A stretch of DNA of 34,714 nucleotides. Source: Spirochaetaceae bacterium. GTDB taxonomy: Bacteria > Spirochaetota > Spirochaetia > Treponematales > Breznakiellaceae. A program made the position numbers and the translations under genes. Position 1 is the stretch's first letter, and the number at the start of each line of letters is the position of its first letter. Of this stretch, positions 8,520 through 17,287 are shown piece after piece. The notes beneath the pieces are model-generated. The model did not search any database. It saw only the letters and a program-made list of their open reading frames with translations, and was not told the origin of the DNA. The stretch is taken from assembly GCA_031288215.1 (NCBI GenBank), contig JAITRV010000272.1:1-34714 (forward strand). Reading direction: 5' to 3'.

Positions 8520-9501
8520 TGAGATTAGGCTGAATAATTATGTTTTCCCGCTCCGGTTCCGAATCATGCACCAGTTGAAGGATCAGATCGATGGCGCTTA
8601 TAACAAGTTTATCTAGGGGCTGTTCAATGGTAGTCAGGTTGATGCGTGACAACCTTGAGATGGAGATGTTGTCAAATCCGAGTACGGAAAGATCGCAGGG
8701 TATGCGGATCTTTTTTTCATCCGCAGCCTGAATCGCCCCGATTGCCATTGTATCAGTTGCCGCAAAGACGGCGGTGTAAGGCATGTCCGCCGAGAAATTT
8801 TTTTTCGCAAGCATGTAACCATTTTCTATCGAACTTGTTGAGGACATATTATCAATAATTGCCGGCTGAAGCTTGTGCTTCTTACACGCGGCAATATAAC
8901 CGGCCGACCTGTTTCTATGCGTAAAGCTTTGCGGTCTGTTTCCAAAATACAAAATTGACGAGTGACCAAGCGAAACAAGGTATTCGGTACCTATAAATGC
9001 CCCCAGGTAATTATCAACGGAAACATGCGTATAAGTTTTTTCCGGAAGATTATCCCCTATGAACACAATAGGAATTTGCGATAAATATTTTTCCAGCGCC
9101 GTATACGAATTTGAATTTACCGGGACAATGATTACTCCGTCCACCTTGCGGTTGATAAGGATTGAAACCAATTCCGTCTCATGTTTGTTTTGCGCCATTG
9201 AATTGCACAATATTAAATTGTACCCTTTTTCGCGCGCATATATTTCAGCCTGGGAAGAAAGTTCCCCCATAAAAGGGTTGTCCATGCCGCTTACCACGAA
9301 TCCGATGAGCTTGCTTTGTCCGCCGGCAAGCGTGCGCGCGGTTATATTTGCCGTATAGCCAAGTTTTTCACAGGTCTCAAGAATGTACTCGCGGGTTTTT
9401 TGGCTTATACCGGGTCTCCCCGAAATCGCTCTGGATACACTTGCGTATGACACATTTGTCGCTTTTGCGATGTCATAGATAGTCAATCGTTTTGTCTGCA
9501 T
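8485..9501 (-). CDS. LacI family transcriptional regulator
   Basis: TIYDIAK...VS.ASVSRA HTH, LGY..N..AR.L, IP.DLSVLGFDN, LTTIEQP; ATG 9501 with GGGGAA SD; 35-bp convergent overlap with the MBL gene. Confidence 0.95.
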   Translation of the reverse strand: MQTKRLTIYDIAKATNVSYASVSRAISGRPGISQKTREYILETCEKLGYTANITARTLAGGQSKLIGFVVSGMDNPFMGELSSQAEIYAREKGYNLILCNSMAQNKHETELVSILINRKVDGVIIVPVNSNSYTALEKYLSQIPIVFIGDNLPEKTYTHVSVDNYLGAFIGTEYLVSLGHSSILYFGNRPQSFTHRNRSAGYIAACKKHKLQPAIIDNMSSTSSIENGYMLAKKNFSADMPYTAVFAATDTMAIGAIQAADEKKIRIPCDLSVLGFDNISISRLSRINLTTIEQPLDKLVISAIDLILQLVHDSEPERENIIIQPNLIIRGTCAIPQK

Positions 9502-9649
9502 CAACCGTTCCCCCCAAGATACTATTGATCAGAATAATTATAACCTGAAATCTTAGTGAAAGTATACCTCTATACATGATTTTTGATGGAAAATTCCTGG
9601 TAAGAAACTGTACCTGCGTTCAATCTGGAAGTGCAACACCTGAGGGCCT

Positions 9650-9871
9650 GGGGTTGTCTAGAAAGTAAGGCCCGGGCAGCCTTTGTAATGAAACAGCCTG
9701 GGTTACCAGAGATAAAACCCTATCTCCTGCCGAGGGAATCCCCCCTTATCCCGCCTGCTTCCTCGCTGCTTCATCGTCCGGTATACCTGCTTGATATTAT
9801 ATCCAAGGGACAGTATCCCCAGCCAGCGGTTGCTTTTGTCATCCCCGCAGTAAAAATCTCATGAACCCCTC
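9650..9871 (-). mobile_element. IS1182-like transposase C-terminal remnant with probable IS end
   Basis: Minus strand reads GFMRFLLRG / MTKATAGWG / ILSLGYNIKQVYR across two frameshifts in G runs, matching the GFRRFxLRG..K...W.L..L.YN.K ending of IS1182 transposases; ends at the IS630 left IR. Confidence 0.6.
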
Positions 9872-11080
9872 GTATCCCGACATGATTGCAACAACGGGTA
9901 GATAGAGTATACAGTAAGACATAGAAACCAAGAGGAGGGGATCTATGTCACAGAAAAAATATTTGGTAATCCTGACAAAGGATGAGGAAACCCTGCTTCA
10001 TACCATCATCAACAAGGGAAAACACGGGGCCCAAAAACGCAAACAGGCACAGGCGCTGCTCCTTGCCAACGAAGGATATACCGATGAAATGATAGCGGAC
10101 CGGGTTGGTATGCATTGCCGGGCCATAGAATCATTACGACAGCGGTTTGTCGAGGACGGTTTTGAGGTAGCCCTTGAGGGAAAACCCCGTGGACACCGGC
10201 CCCGTTCCATCCAGGGGGAAGAGGAGGCACGGCTTATCGCCCTGGTGTACGGATCGACGCCGGAAGGCTGTGCCAGCCGGACCATGCGGTTATTAGCGGA
10301 CACCTGGGTAACCCTTGAGAAGTGGGACACGAAAACGGTGTCCCGAGAGGCCATCGGGCAGACATTAAAAAAAACTCACCTTAAACCCCGGCAGAACCGG
10401 GAATGGTGCATACCGCCTGAAGGGAACGGGGAATTTGTAGCCTGCATGGAAGATGTGCGTGATGTATACACCCCGGAGCGGGACACCAACCGTCCGGTGG
10501 TCTGCAAGGATGAGAGTCCGAAGCGGTTGATAGGGGAAACGCGAGTGCCGCTGCCGGCAGAACCGGGAAAACCCGCCTATTTTGACCGGGAATAGGTGCG
10601 GAACGGAACCTGTGATATCTTCATGTTTGTGGCCCCCCTTGAAGGCTGGAGAAGGGCCGAAACAACCGAACGGCGGACCGGTAAGGATTGGGCGGGGCAA
10701 ATCAGACGCCTGGAGGATGAGGATTTTCCGGATGCTGAAAAAATCATTCTGGTGATGGACAATCTGAATACCCCTAGTATCGCGTCCCTGTATGAAACAT
10801 TTCCTCCTGATGAAACGAAACGGATAAAGGATCGCCTTGAGATACATTATACGCCCAAACACGGGAGTTGGCTTAATATGGCGGAGATAGAGTTGAATGT
10901 GATAAACAACCATGGGCTGTCACCACGGATACCCACGATAGAGCAGATGAGGGAAGAAGCGGCGGCATGGAACCGGAGGCGCAATAAGGAAGCCTGTAAA
11001 ATCAACTGGCGATTTACTACCGCCGACACCCGCATTAAACTGAAACGACTCTACCCGCAGTTTGAATGATGTCGGGATAC
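9872..11080 (+). mobile_element. IS630-family insertion sequence
   Basis: 21-bp terminal IRs GTATCCCGACATGATTGCAAC (9872-9892) / GTTTGAATGATGTCGGGATAC (11060-11080), 3 mismatches; right flank TA(G), left flank TC. Confidence 0.9.
9945..11069 (+). pseudogene. IS630 transposase interrupted by an in-frame TAG at 10593-10595
   Basis: HTH N-terminus; DDE motifs CKDES, VMDNLN, WLNMAEIE; FDRE*VRNGT where family members have EY.RNGT. Confidence 0.85.
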
Positions 11081-11096
11081 TAGCCGAAATTAAGTC

Positions 11097-11189
11097 TAAG
11101 TCCTGTATAGACATAGACTTAAAATAAGCCTATTTACGAGAATTCTGGACTGTACAAGGGTTTTTAATTCTTTATCCTGTCGAGATTTA
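11097..11189. repeat. Pair of 9-7-9 imperfect palindromes at right island edge
   Basis: TAAGTCCTG-TATAGAC-ATAGACTTA (11097-11121); TAATTCTTT-ATCCTGT-CGAGATTTA (11165-11189). Confidence 0.5.
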
Positions 11190-11300
11190 GTAGTTTGTCT
11201 ATTTTCTTGTAGTGTAGTGATTTAGGTGGTTTCGGCTCGGTTTTTATTGTGGCGCACACCCCTTTTTCACTTAGAAAAATTACGGCGCAATGCGCGCCCT

Positions 11301-11335
11301 TTACTCTTTGAGCTTTGTTCTTTACTCTTTGTTAT
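11301..11335 (+). repeat. Five degenerate heptamer tandem repeats
   Basis: TTACTCT TTGAGCT TTGTTCT TTACTCT TTGTTAT. Confidence 0.7.
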
Positions 11336-11361
11336 GTATATTTGTAGCAGAAGGAGACCCT

Positions 11362-12381
11362 ATGGATTCGTCGGAACGGGGATACTGTTTTACCGCGATA
11401 GTCGGGCAGGAAGATATGAAGACGGCCCTGGTGCTGAACGCCGTCAACCCCAACCTGGGAGGGGTGCTGATCCGGGGGGAGAAGGGGACCGCCAAATCGA
11501 CCGCGGTCCGGGCCCTGGCGGAATTGCTGCCCCCCCGGGAACAGGTGGCGCACTGCCGCTTTGGCTGCGATCCCCATGACGAAGAGCGCCTCTGCGCCGA
11601 ATGTGTCGAAAGGCGGGATCAGGGGGAGGCTCTGGAAGGGGTATTCCTCCCCATGCGGGTGATCGACCTCCCGGTGAGCGCCACCGAGGATCGGGTGGTG
11701 GGCACCCTGGATATGGAACACGCCATAAAAACCGGGGAAAAACGCTTTGAAACGGGGATTCTCGCCCGGGCAAACCGGAATATCCTCTATGTGGACGAGG
11801 TAAACCTCCTGGACGATCATGTGGTGGACCTCCTCCTGGACTCCGCCGCCATGGGGGTGAACACCGTGGAACGGGAGGGAGTCTCCTATACCCACGCCGC
11901 CCGCTTTATCCTGGTGGGGACCATGAACCCCGAGGAAGGGGACCTGCGGCCCCAGCTTTTGGATCGCTTCGGCCTTTCGGTAACCGTTACCGGGGAGGGG
12001 GACACGGCGGCCCGGGTGGCGGTCATGGAGAACCGCCTGAAATTCGAGAACGACCCCGATGCCTTTTTTGCGGAATACGAGCCGAAACAGGAGGAACTGC
12101 GCCGGCGCATCCTGGAAGCCCAGCGGCTCCTGGGGAAAGTCGCCTATTCCCGGAGCATCCTGGAACGGATCGCCGCCATCTGTATCAAGCTGGACGTGGA
12201 CGGCCACCGGGCGGACATCGGAATGCTGAAAACCGCCATGACCCTGGCGGCCTTTAACGGGCGGCAAGCGGTAAGCGAGGCGGATCTGCGCCAGGCGGCG
12301 CGGCTGGTCCTGCCCCACCGGATGCGCCGGCGGCCCTTCGAGGATACCGGCCTTACCCTCGAAGACCTGGAGAAGCTATAA
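11362..12381 (+). CDS. Mg/Co chelatase subunit I (ChlI/BchI-type AAA+ ATPase)
   Basis: [55 protein letters not shown]; SD AAGGAG before ATG 11362. Confidence 0.92.
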   Translation: MDSSERGYCFTAIVGQEDMKTALVLNAVNPNLGGVLIRGEKGTAKSTAVRALAELLPPREQVAHCRFGCDPHDEERLCAECVERRDQGEALEGVFLPMRVIDLPVSATEDRVVGTLDMEHAIKTGEKRFETGILARANRNILYVDEVNLLDDHVVDLLLDSAAMGVNTVEREGVSYTHAARFILVGTMNPEEGDLRPQLLDRFGLSVTVTGEGDTAARVAVMENRLKFENDPDAFFAEYEPKQEELRRRILEAQRLLGKVAYSRSILERIAAICIKLDVDGHRADIGMLKTAMTLAAFNGRQAVSEADLRQAARLVLPHRMRRRPFEDTGLTLEDLEKL

Positions 12382-12435
12382 TTCCCGGGGGTCCCTTTTG
12401 GGGAATTAAGGGCGAAGCATAAAGAAGGAAAAGAA

Positions 12436-14436
12436 GTGAAGAAAGAAGGGACTTATCGCGGAAAGCCCCTCCGGGGCTTTCCGTTTGTGGCGGTGCCCGG
12501 ACAGGAGGCGGTCAAGCGGGCGCTGCTGTGGAACCTGGTCAATCCCCGGATCGGCGGCCTCCTCATTGCCGGGGAAAAGGGGACCGCCAAGTCCACCCTG
12601 GTCCGGGGGCTGAGCGCCCTCTCGGAAATGAGGGTGGTGGAGCTTCCCCTGAACTGTACCGAAGACCGGCTGGTGGGGGCCATCGACCTCAAGGCTGCCC
12701 TCCGCCAGGGCCGGCGGGCCCTGGAAACCGGCCTCCTGGGGGAGGCCGACGGGAACATCCTCTACGTGGACGAGGTGAACCTCCTGAGCGAGCACCTGGC
12801 CCACGCCCTCCTGGGGGCCGCCGCTTCCGGGGAAAACGTGGTGGAGCGGGAGGGGATCTCCGCCCGCCAGGGAAGCCGCTTCGTGCTGATCGGCACCATG
12901 AACCAGGAGGAGGGCTCCCTGGGGCCCCAGCTTCTGGACCGCTTCGGCCTCTACGTGGAGGCCCTGGGGGAAAAGGACCTGGCTATCCGGGTGGAGATCC
13001 TCAAGCGCTGTATCGACTTCGAGGCCGCCCCGGCGGCCTTCAGCCGCCACTACCGGGAAGAAACCGAAGCCCTGCAGACCCGGATCGCTGCGGGGCGGGC
13101 CCTCCTGCCCGAGGTCAAAGCCGGGGAAAACGCCCTGACCCTGGCCGCAACCCTGGCCGCCGCCGCCAACTGCGCCGGCCACCGGGGGGAACTGGCCCTG
13201 ATCGAGGCGGCCCGGGCCATTGCCGCCCTGGGGGGCCGGCGGGCGGTGAACCTTGAGGATGTCAAGCTGGCGGCGGCATACGCCCTCCCTCACCGCCTCC
13301 GGGAGGCTGCCGGGAAGCCGGAGCCGCCTCCGCCGCCCCCGCCGCCAAAGCCGCCCACGGTCTCCCCCCGGGAAGTAGAGGACCCGGATCCGCCGGATGC
13401 CCCGGCGGATCCATCGCCATTTGATGAAGGCCCCGCGCCCCCCTCACCGGAACCCCCTCCGGGGGCCCTTCTGAGGATCGTCGAGGGGGAAGAGGACCTC
13501 CAGCGTTCCGGGGCGCCCTTTGAGATCCCCCAATGGCAGGACCCCCGTACCGGCGCCGCTTACCATCCGGGCTCGGGACGGCGGGCGATGGTCCGCAGCG
13601 ACAACCGGCAGGGGCGGGTCGTGGGGGCCCGGCTTCCCGGCCGGGAAGGGGTTCGGGACCTCGCCTTTGACGCCACCGTGCGGGCCGCGGCGCCCTTCCA
13701 GACGCGGCGGGACCGGAAGGGCCGGCTCATCGCCATTGAAGCGGAAGACCTGCGGGTGCGGATCCGGGAGAAGCGGGTGGGGGGCTGCATCCTCTTTGTG
13801 GTGGATGCCAGCGCCTCCATGGGGGCGAACCGGCAGATGCGGGAGGTGAAGGGGGCGGTGCTTTCCATGCTGAACTTCTCCTACCAGAAACGGGACCGGG
13901 TGGGGCTCATCGCCTTCCGGGGGGACCGGGCGGAACTCCTCCTGGGGATCACCCGGTCGGTGGATCTGGCCCAAAAGAAGCTGGAACAGCTTCCCACCGG
14001 GGGCAGGACCCCCTTAGCCCGGGGGCTGGAACTGGCCTATGAGGTGGTCATGGGGCTGCGGATGCGGGACCACGACAGCTCCCCCATCATCGTCCTGGTA
14101 ACCGACGGCCGGGCCAGCAGCAGCCCCCAGGAGCAGGCCGCCCCCTTTCCCGAAGCCCTGAAAGCAGCGGAGCGGATCGGCAACCAGGGGATTCACACGG
14201 TCCTGCTGGATACGGAAAACGGTTTTATCCGCCTCCATCTCTGCCAAAAACTCAACCAGAAGCTCCGGGGGAAGCTGATCACCATGGAGGATCTGAAAAC
14301 CGAAGGCATCCTGCGGGCGGTTTCCGCGGCCCAGGCGGCGCCCTTCAACCATCCCGGCTCCTCCGAATCCACGCCCCAGGCGCCTGTCCATGCGACCTAT
14401 ACCCCGCCCCGCCGGTGGGCAGCGCCGGATCCGTAA
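12436..14436 (+). CDS. Mg/Co chelatase subunit D (AAA+, Pro-rich linker, VWA)
   Basis: [12 protein letters not shown]+ module, poly-Pro linker, FVVDASASM MIDAS, GGRTPLA, VTDGR. Confidence 0.92.
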   Translation: MKKEGTYRGKPLRGFPFVAVPGQEAVKRALLWNLVNPRIGGLLIAGEKGTAKSTLVRGLSALSEMRVVELPLNCTEDRLVGAIDLKAALRQGRRALETGLLGEADGNILYVDEVNLLSEHLAHALLGAAASGENVVEREGISARQGSRFVLIGTMNQEEGSLGPQLLDRFGLYVEALGEKDLAIRVEILKRCIDFEAAPAAFSRHYREETEALQTRIAAGRALLPEVKAGENALTLAATLAAAANCAGHRGELALIEAARAIAALGGRRAVNLEDVKLAAAYALPHRLREAAGKPEPPPPPPPPKPPTVSPREVEDPDPPDAPADPSPFDEGPAPPSPEPPPGALLRIVEGEEDLQRSGAPFEIPQWQDPRTGAAYHPGSGRRAMVRSDNRQGRVVGARLPGREGVRDLAFDATVRAAAPFQTRRDRKGRLIAIEAEDLRVRIREKRVGGCILFVVDASASMGANRQMREVKGAVLSMLNFSYQKRDRVGLIAFRGDRAELLLGITRSVDLAQKKLEQLPTGGRTPLARGLELAYEVVMGLRMRDHDSSPIIVLVTDGRASSSPQEQAAPFPEALKAAERIGNQGIHTVLLDTENGFIRLHLCQKLNQKLRGKLITMEDLKTEGILRAVSAAQAAPFNHPGSSESTPQAPVHATYTPPRRWAAPDP

Positions 14437-14460
14437 AATCGACCCCCCTCCTCACGCCCA

Positions 14461-14502
14461 TTGCTGTTTGCCCGCTGTTTTTTGCTCGCTGTTTTTTGTT
14501 GA
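14461..14502 (+). repeat. Heptamer/14-mer tandem repeats running into the -35 box
   Basis: TTGCTGT TTGCCCG CTGTTTT TTGCTCG CTGTTTT TTGTTGA. Confidence 0.6.
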
Positions 14503-14527
14503 CTTTCCCTGAAAGCCCTGATAAAAT
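14499..14527 (+). promoter_or_regulatory. sigma70 promoter driving the riboswitch leader
   Basis: TTGACT(14499-14504)-17 nt-TAAAAT(14522-14527). Confidence 0.75.
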
Positions 14528-14529
14528 AA

Positions 14530-14660
14530 GGTTCGTATATTTCAGAGGAAGTGAGGTGGCCGGTCCTGGGCCGGGAATCCTCCGCTATCCCGTAACTGTA
14601 ACCGGGGTTCGTTGAGAACGAACCGCAGAACCCGCAAGCCAGGAGACTTTGGTATACCGG
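14530..14660 (+). ncRNA. Cobalamin riboswitch
   Basis: AGAGGAAGTGAGGTG...AATCCTCCGCTATCCCGTAACTGTAA core and B12 box AAGCCAGGAGAC; upstream of Btu-like, cobN and cbiZ genes. Confidence 0.88.
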
Positions 14661-14883
14661 CGGCCTCTTGAGAGGCCGGCCCCTCAGGCAGCTCTCAGTC
14701 AGGATTTTTTGCAGGGCAGGTAAAAATCCGGGGCGTAATGGGCGCCGGGGCATTATTTTTTCAGGCTTCGAGGACCGAGTCATGAGAAGAAAACCGCCGT
14801 AGATGCCATGCGGCGGGAAATCTTCAAGGTTTTTCTCTTTCGGACCGGAGGTCCGCCTGTTTCTCGAGCAAAAGGAGTGAACC

Positions 14884-15021
14884 ATGTCAAGGAAAAGTTA
14901 TGCAGGACAAAATTTTCTCCGCAAGGAGTCCTTTCATTTAATAAGAAGTCTTTCAATAAGAAGTCTTTCAATGACGGGGATGCGGATGAACCTTGAAGGG
15001 ATCGGGGCCTCCGGTACTTAA
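14884..15021 (+). CDS. Possible 45-aa small ORF in the riboswitch leader
   Basis: SD AAGGAG 14872-14877; MSRKSYAGQNFLRKESFHLIRSLSIRSLSMTGMRMNLEGIGASGT*; contains an exact 15-bp tandem duplication (14940-14969). Confidence 0.3.
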   Translation: MSRKSYAGQNFLRKESFHLIRSLSIRSLSMTGMRMNLEGIGASGT

Positions 15022-15022
15022 T

Positions 15023-16072
15023 ATGGAAGGATTACATCATGGCTCCTGTAACCGGATCGATACCAGACTCGCCCTGATGTTCTTCATCTTCATCGTCCTG
15101 GCCCTGGGTATGGTCCTGGTCTTTTTTCTCAACGTGAGGGTGGGCTCTACCCCTATAAAGCTCCGGGAGATCGGAGCGATCCTCTTCGGGCCCCAGGGGC
15201 CGGCGGAAAAAAATTACCTTATCATCCAACGGATCCGGCTGCCCCGGGCCCTGGCATCCCAGGCGGGAGGCGCCGCCCTGGCTATCACGGGGATCCTCCT
15301 GCAAACCTACTTCGCCAATCCCATCATAGAACCCTATGTTCTGGGGGTAAGCTCCGGTTCCTCCCTCTTCGTGGGCTTCGTCATGCTGGGGGGATTCACC
15401 TTCGGCGTCAAACGGATTACCCCGGTGGTTCTCTTTACCGGCGCCTTCCTCGGGGCCATGCTGGTGATGGCGGTGATCCTCTTCGCGGCAAGCCGGGTTA
15501 AGGGCATCACTACCCTGCTCATCATCGGCCTCATGGCGGGATACACCTGCAGCGCCGCCACCAGCATTCTCAGCGCCTATGCGGAGAAGGAACAACTGGC
15601 GAACTTTGCCCTGTGGAACATGGGCAGTTTCGCCGGCCTCACCTGGGGCCAGATCCGGATCATGTACGCCGTCATCCTGCCCCTGCTGGGACTCTCCTTC
15701 CTCATGGGCAAACCGCTCAACGCCCTCCTCCTGGGGGACCCCTATGCCCAAAGCATGGGGATCAACGTCAAGATGACCCGTTACGGGATCATCCTCATCT
15801 CCAGCCTGCTCGTATCGGTTACCACCGCCTTCGCAGGCCCGGTGTCCTTCATCGGCCTGGCGGTTCCCCACATCTGCCGGATCCTCTTCAGAACTTCCGA
15901 CTGCCGGATCCTGATCCCCGCCGCGGTGTTCGGGGGCGGCCTCATGGCGGGGCTCTGCGATTTTGCCGCCAGAAACATCGTCTCTCCCCTGGAACTCCCC
16001 TTGGGGGCCATTACCTCCATCATCGGCGCTCCCCTGGTGGTATTCCTCCTCTTGAGAAAGGAAAAATTATGA
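15023..16072 (+). CDS. FecCD/BtuC-family permease, probably for corrinoids; start uncertain (15023 or 15077)
   Basis: RIRLPR, LQTYF.NP..EPYVLGVSSGS, GPVSFIGLAVPH, LPLGAITSIIGAP. Confidence 0.88.
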   Translation: MEGLHHGSCNRIDTRLALMFFIFIVLALGMVLVFFLNVRVGSTPIKLREIGAILFGPQGPAEKNYLIIQRIRLPRALASQAGGAALAITGILLQTYFANPIIEPYVLGVSSGSSLFVGFVMLGGFTFGVKRITPVVLFTGAFLGAMLVMAVILFAASRVKGITTLLIIGLMAGYTCSAATSILSAYAEKEQLANFALWNMGSFAGLTWGQIRIMYAVILPLLGLSFLMGKPLNALLLGDPYAQSMGINVKMTRYGIILISSLLVSVTTAFAGPVSFIGLAVPHICRILFRTSDCRILIPAAVFGGGLMAGLCDFAARNIVSPLELPLGAITSIIGAPLVVFLLLRKEKL

Positions 16073-17286
16073 CGGCGGTGATCAGGACGGAACATCTGGA
16101 CGTGGGTTACGAGAGGCGCCCCCTTATCCGGGGAGTGGATATCCGCGCCCTCAGGGGACAGACCATCTGCCTGATAGGTCCCAACGGCGCGGGGAAATCC
16201 ACCATCCTGCGGACCCTCTCGGGAATGTTGGCCCCGGTAAGCGGAACGGTCTATATCGGCGATAACAATCTCAACCGGATAAAGGCCAATGACAGGGCCC
16301 GCCGCATGGCTGTGGTACTGACCGACCGGGTCCAGGTGAGCATGACCACCGCCCGGGAGGTGGCGGCCATGGGCCGCTTGCCCTATACCGGTTTCATGGG
16401 ACGCCTTTCCCCGAAGGACAGGCGGATCATGGAGGAAGCCTTAGCCTCCGTCGGCGCGGCGGATATTGCGGACCGCTTCTACACGAGCCTGAGCGACGGG
16501 GAAAAACAAAAGGTCCTCCTCGCCCGGGCCCTGGCCCAGCAGCCGGAACTCATCATCCTGGACGAACCCACGAGCCACCTGGACATCAAACACAAGGTGG
16601 AGGTGGTGCGGATCTTGAATGGCCTCTCCCGGAATCAGGGGCTTACGGTGGTCCTCTCCCTGCACGATGTGGATATCGCGATCAAGAGCTGTCAGACCGT
16701 CCTGATGATCAAAAACGGTATGGTGGTGGCCCAGGGAAAACCGGAGGATATCGTCGCCCGGAATACCATCGGGAAACTCTACGATATTGAGGGGGCCACC
16801 TACAATTCGGTCACCGGGGGACTTGAGATCCGCAACGAAAAGGCCCCGGAGGTGTTTATCGCCGCCGGGGCCGGTACGGGAGCGCCGGTTTACCGTATGC
16901 TCTCCCGGATGGGCTACGGCGTGGCTACCGGCATCCTCCAGGAAAACGATATCGATTTCCGGGTCGCCAAATCCATGGGGCTCACGGTGATCAGCGAGAA
17001 GAGCTTTGAACCCATCGGATGGAAAGCCGCCGCCGCCGCCCGGATCAACGTAAGAAAAAGCCGCTTCCTCATTGATTGCGGTTTTCCCCTGGGGAACCTC
17101 AACCGGGTAAACCTCCGGCTCCTCAGAACCGCGGCCCGGAAGGGGATGCCCCTGTTCAGTATGCGGGGGGAGGAGGAGGTACGGCGGCTTTTCGGCGGGG
17201 GGCGGAACGTGATCTCCGCCCGTTCCGCCTCGGACCTCAGCGAGAAAATCCTCGCCCAGGATTCCGGGACCAGGGCAGGGACCTGA
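16069..17286 (+). CDS. BtuD/FepC-like ABC ATPase with C-terminal extension
   Basis: ATGA overlap at 16069; GPNGAGKST, LSDGEKQK, ILDEPTSHLD; the ORF-track N-terminal extension from 15613 is spurious. Confidence 0.9.
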   Translation: MTAVIRTEHLDVGYERRPLIRGVDIRALRGQTICLIGPNGAGKSTILRTLSGMLAPVSGTVYIGDNNLNRIKANDRARRMAVVLTDRVQVSMTTAREVAAMGRLPYTGFMGRLSPKDRRIMEEALASVGAADIADRFYTSLSDGEKQKVLLARALAQQPELIILDEPTSHLDIKHKVEVVRILNGLSRNQGLTVVLSLHDVDIAIKSCQTVLMIKNGMVVAQGKPEDIVARNTIGKLYDIEGATYNSVTGGLEIRNEKAPEVFIAAGAGTGAPVYRMLSRMGYGVATGILQENDIDFRVAKSMGLTVISEKSFEPIGWKAAAAARINVRKSRFLIDCGFPLGNLNRVNLRLLRTAARKGMPLFSMRGEEEVRRLFGGGRNVISARSASDLSEKILAQDSGTRAGT

Positions 17287-17287
17287 G

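Noticed and set aside
9631-9864. 77-aa plus-strand ORF
   Set aside because: Better explained as the antisense of an IS1182-like remnant
13386-13412. Perfect 11-bp inverted repeat in the chlD linker
   Set aside because: Falls in GC-rich low-complexity Pro/Asp coding sequence where such symmetry arises easily
11362-14436. chlI/chlD as evidence of (bacterio)chlorophyll synthesis
   Set aside because: No photosynthesis genes; the context (cobN, cbiZ, B12 riboswitch) points to corrinoid chelation
14974-14986. Near-complement of riboswitch segment 14581-14593
   Set aside because: Needs two bulges over 13 nt at ~390 nt distance; cannot be told from chance without covariation
15613-16068. 152-aa N-terminal extension of the ABC ATPase
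   Set aside because: Overlaps btuC in another frame with Arg/Pro-rich junk composition; the real start is the ATGA overlap at 16069
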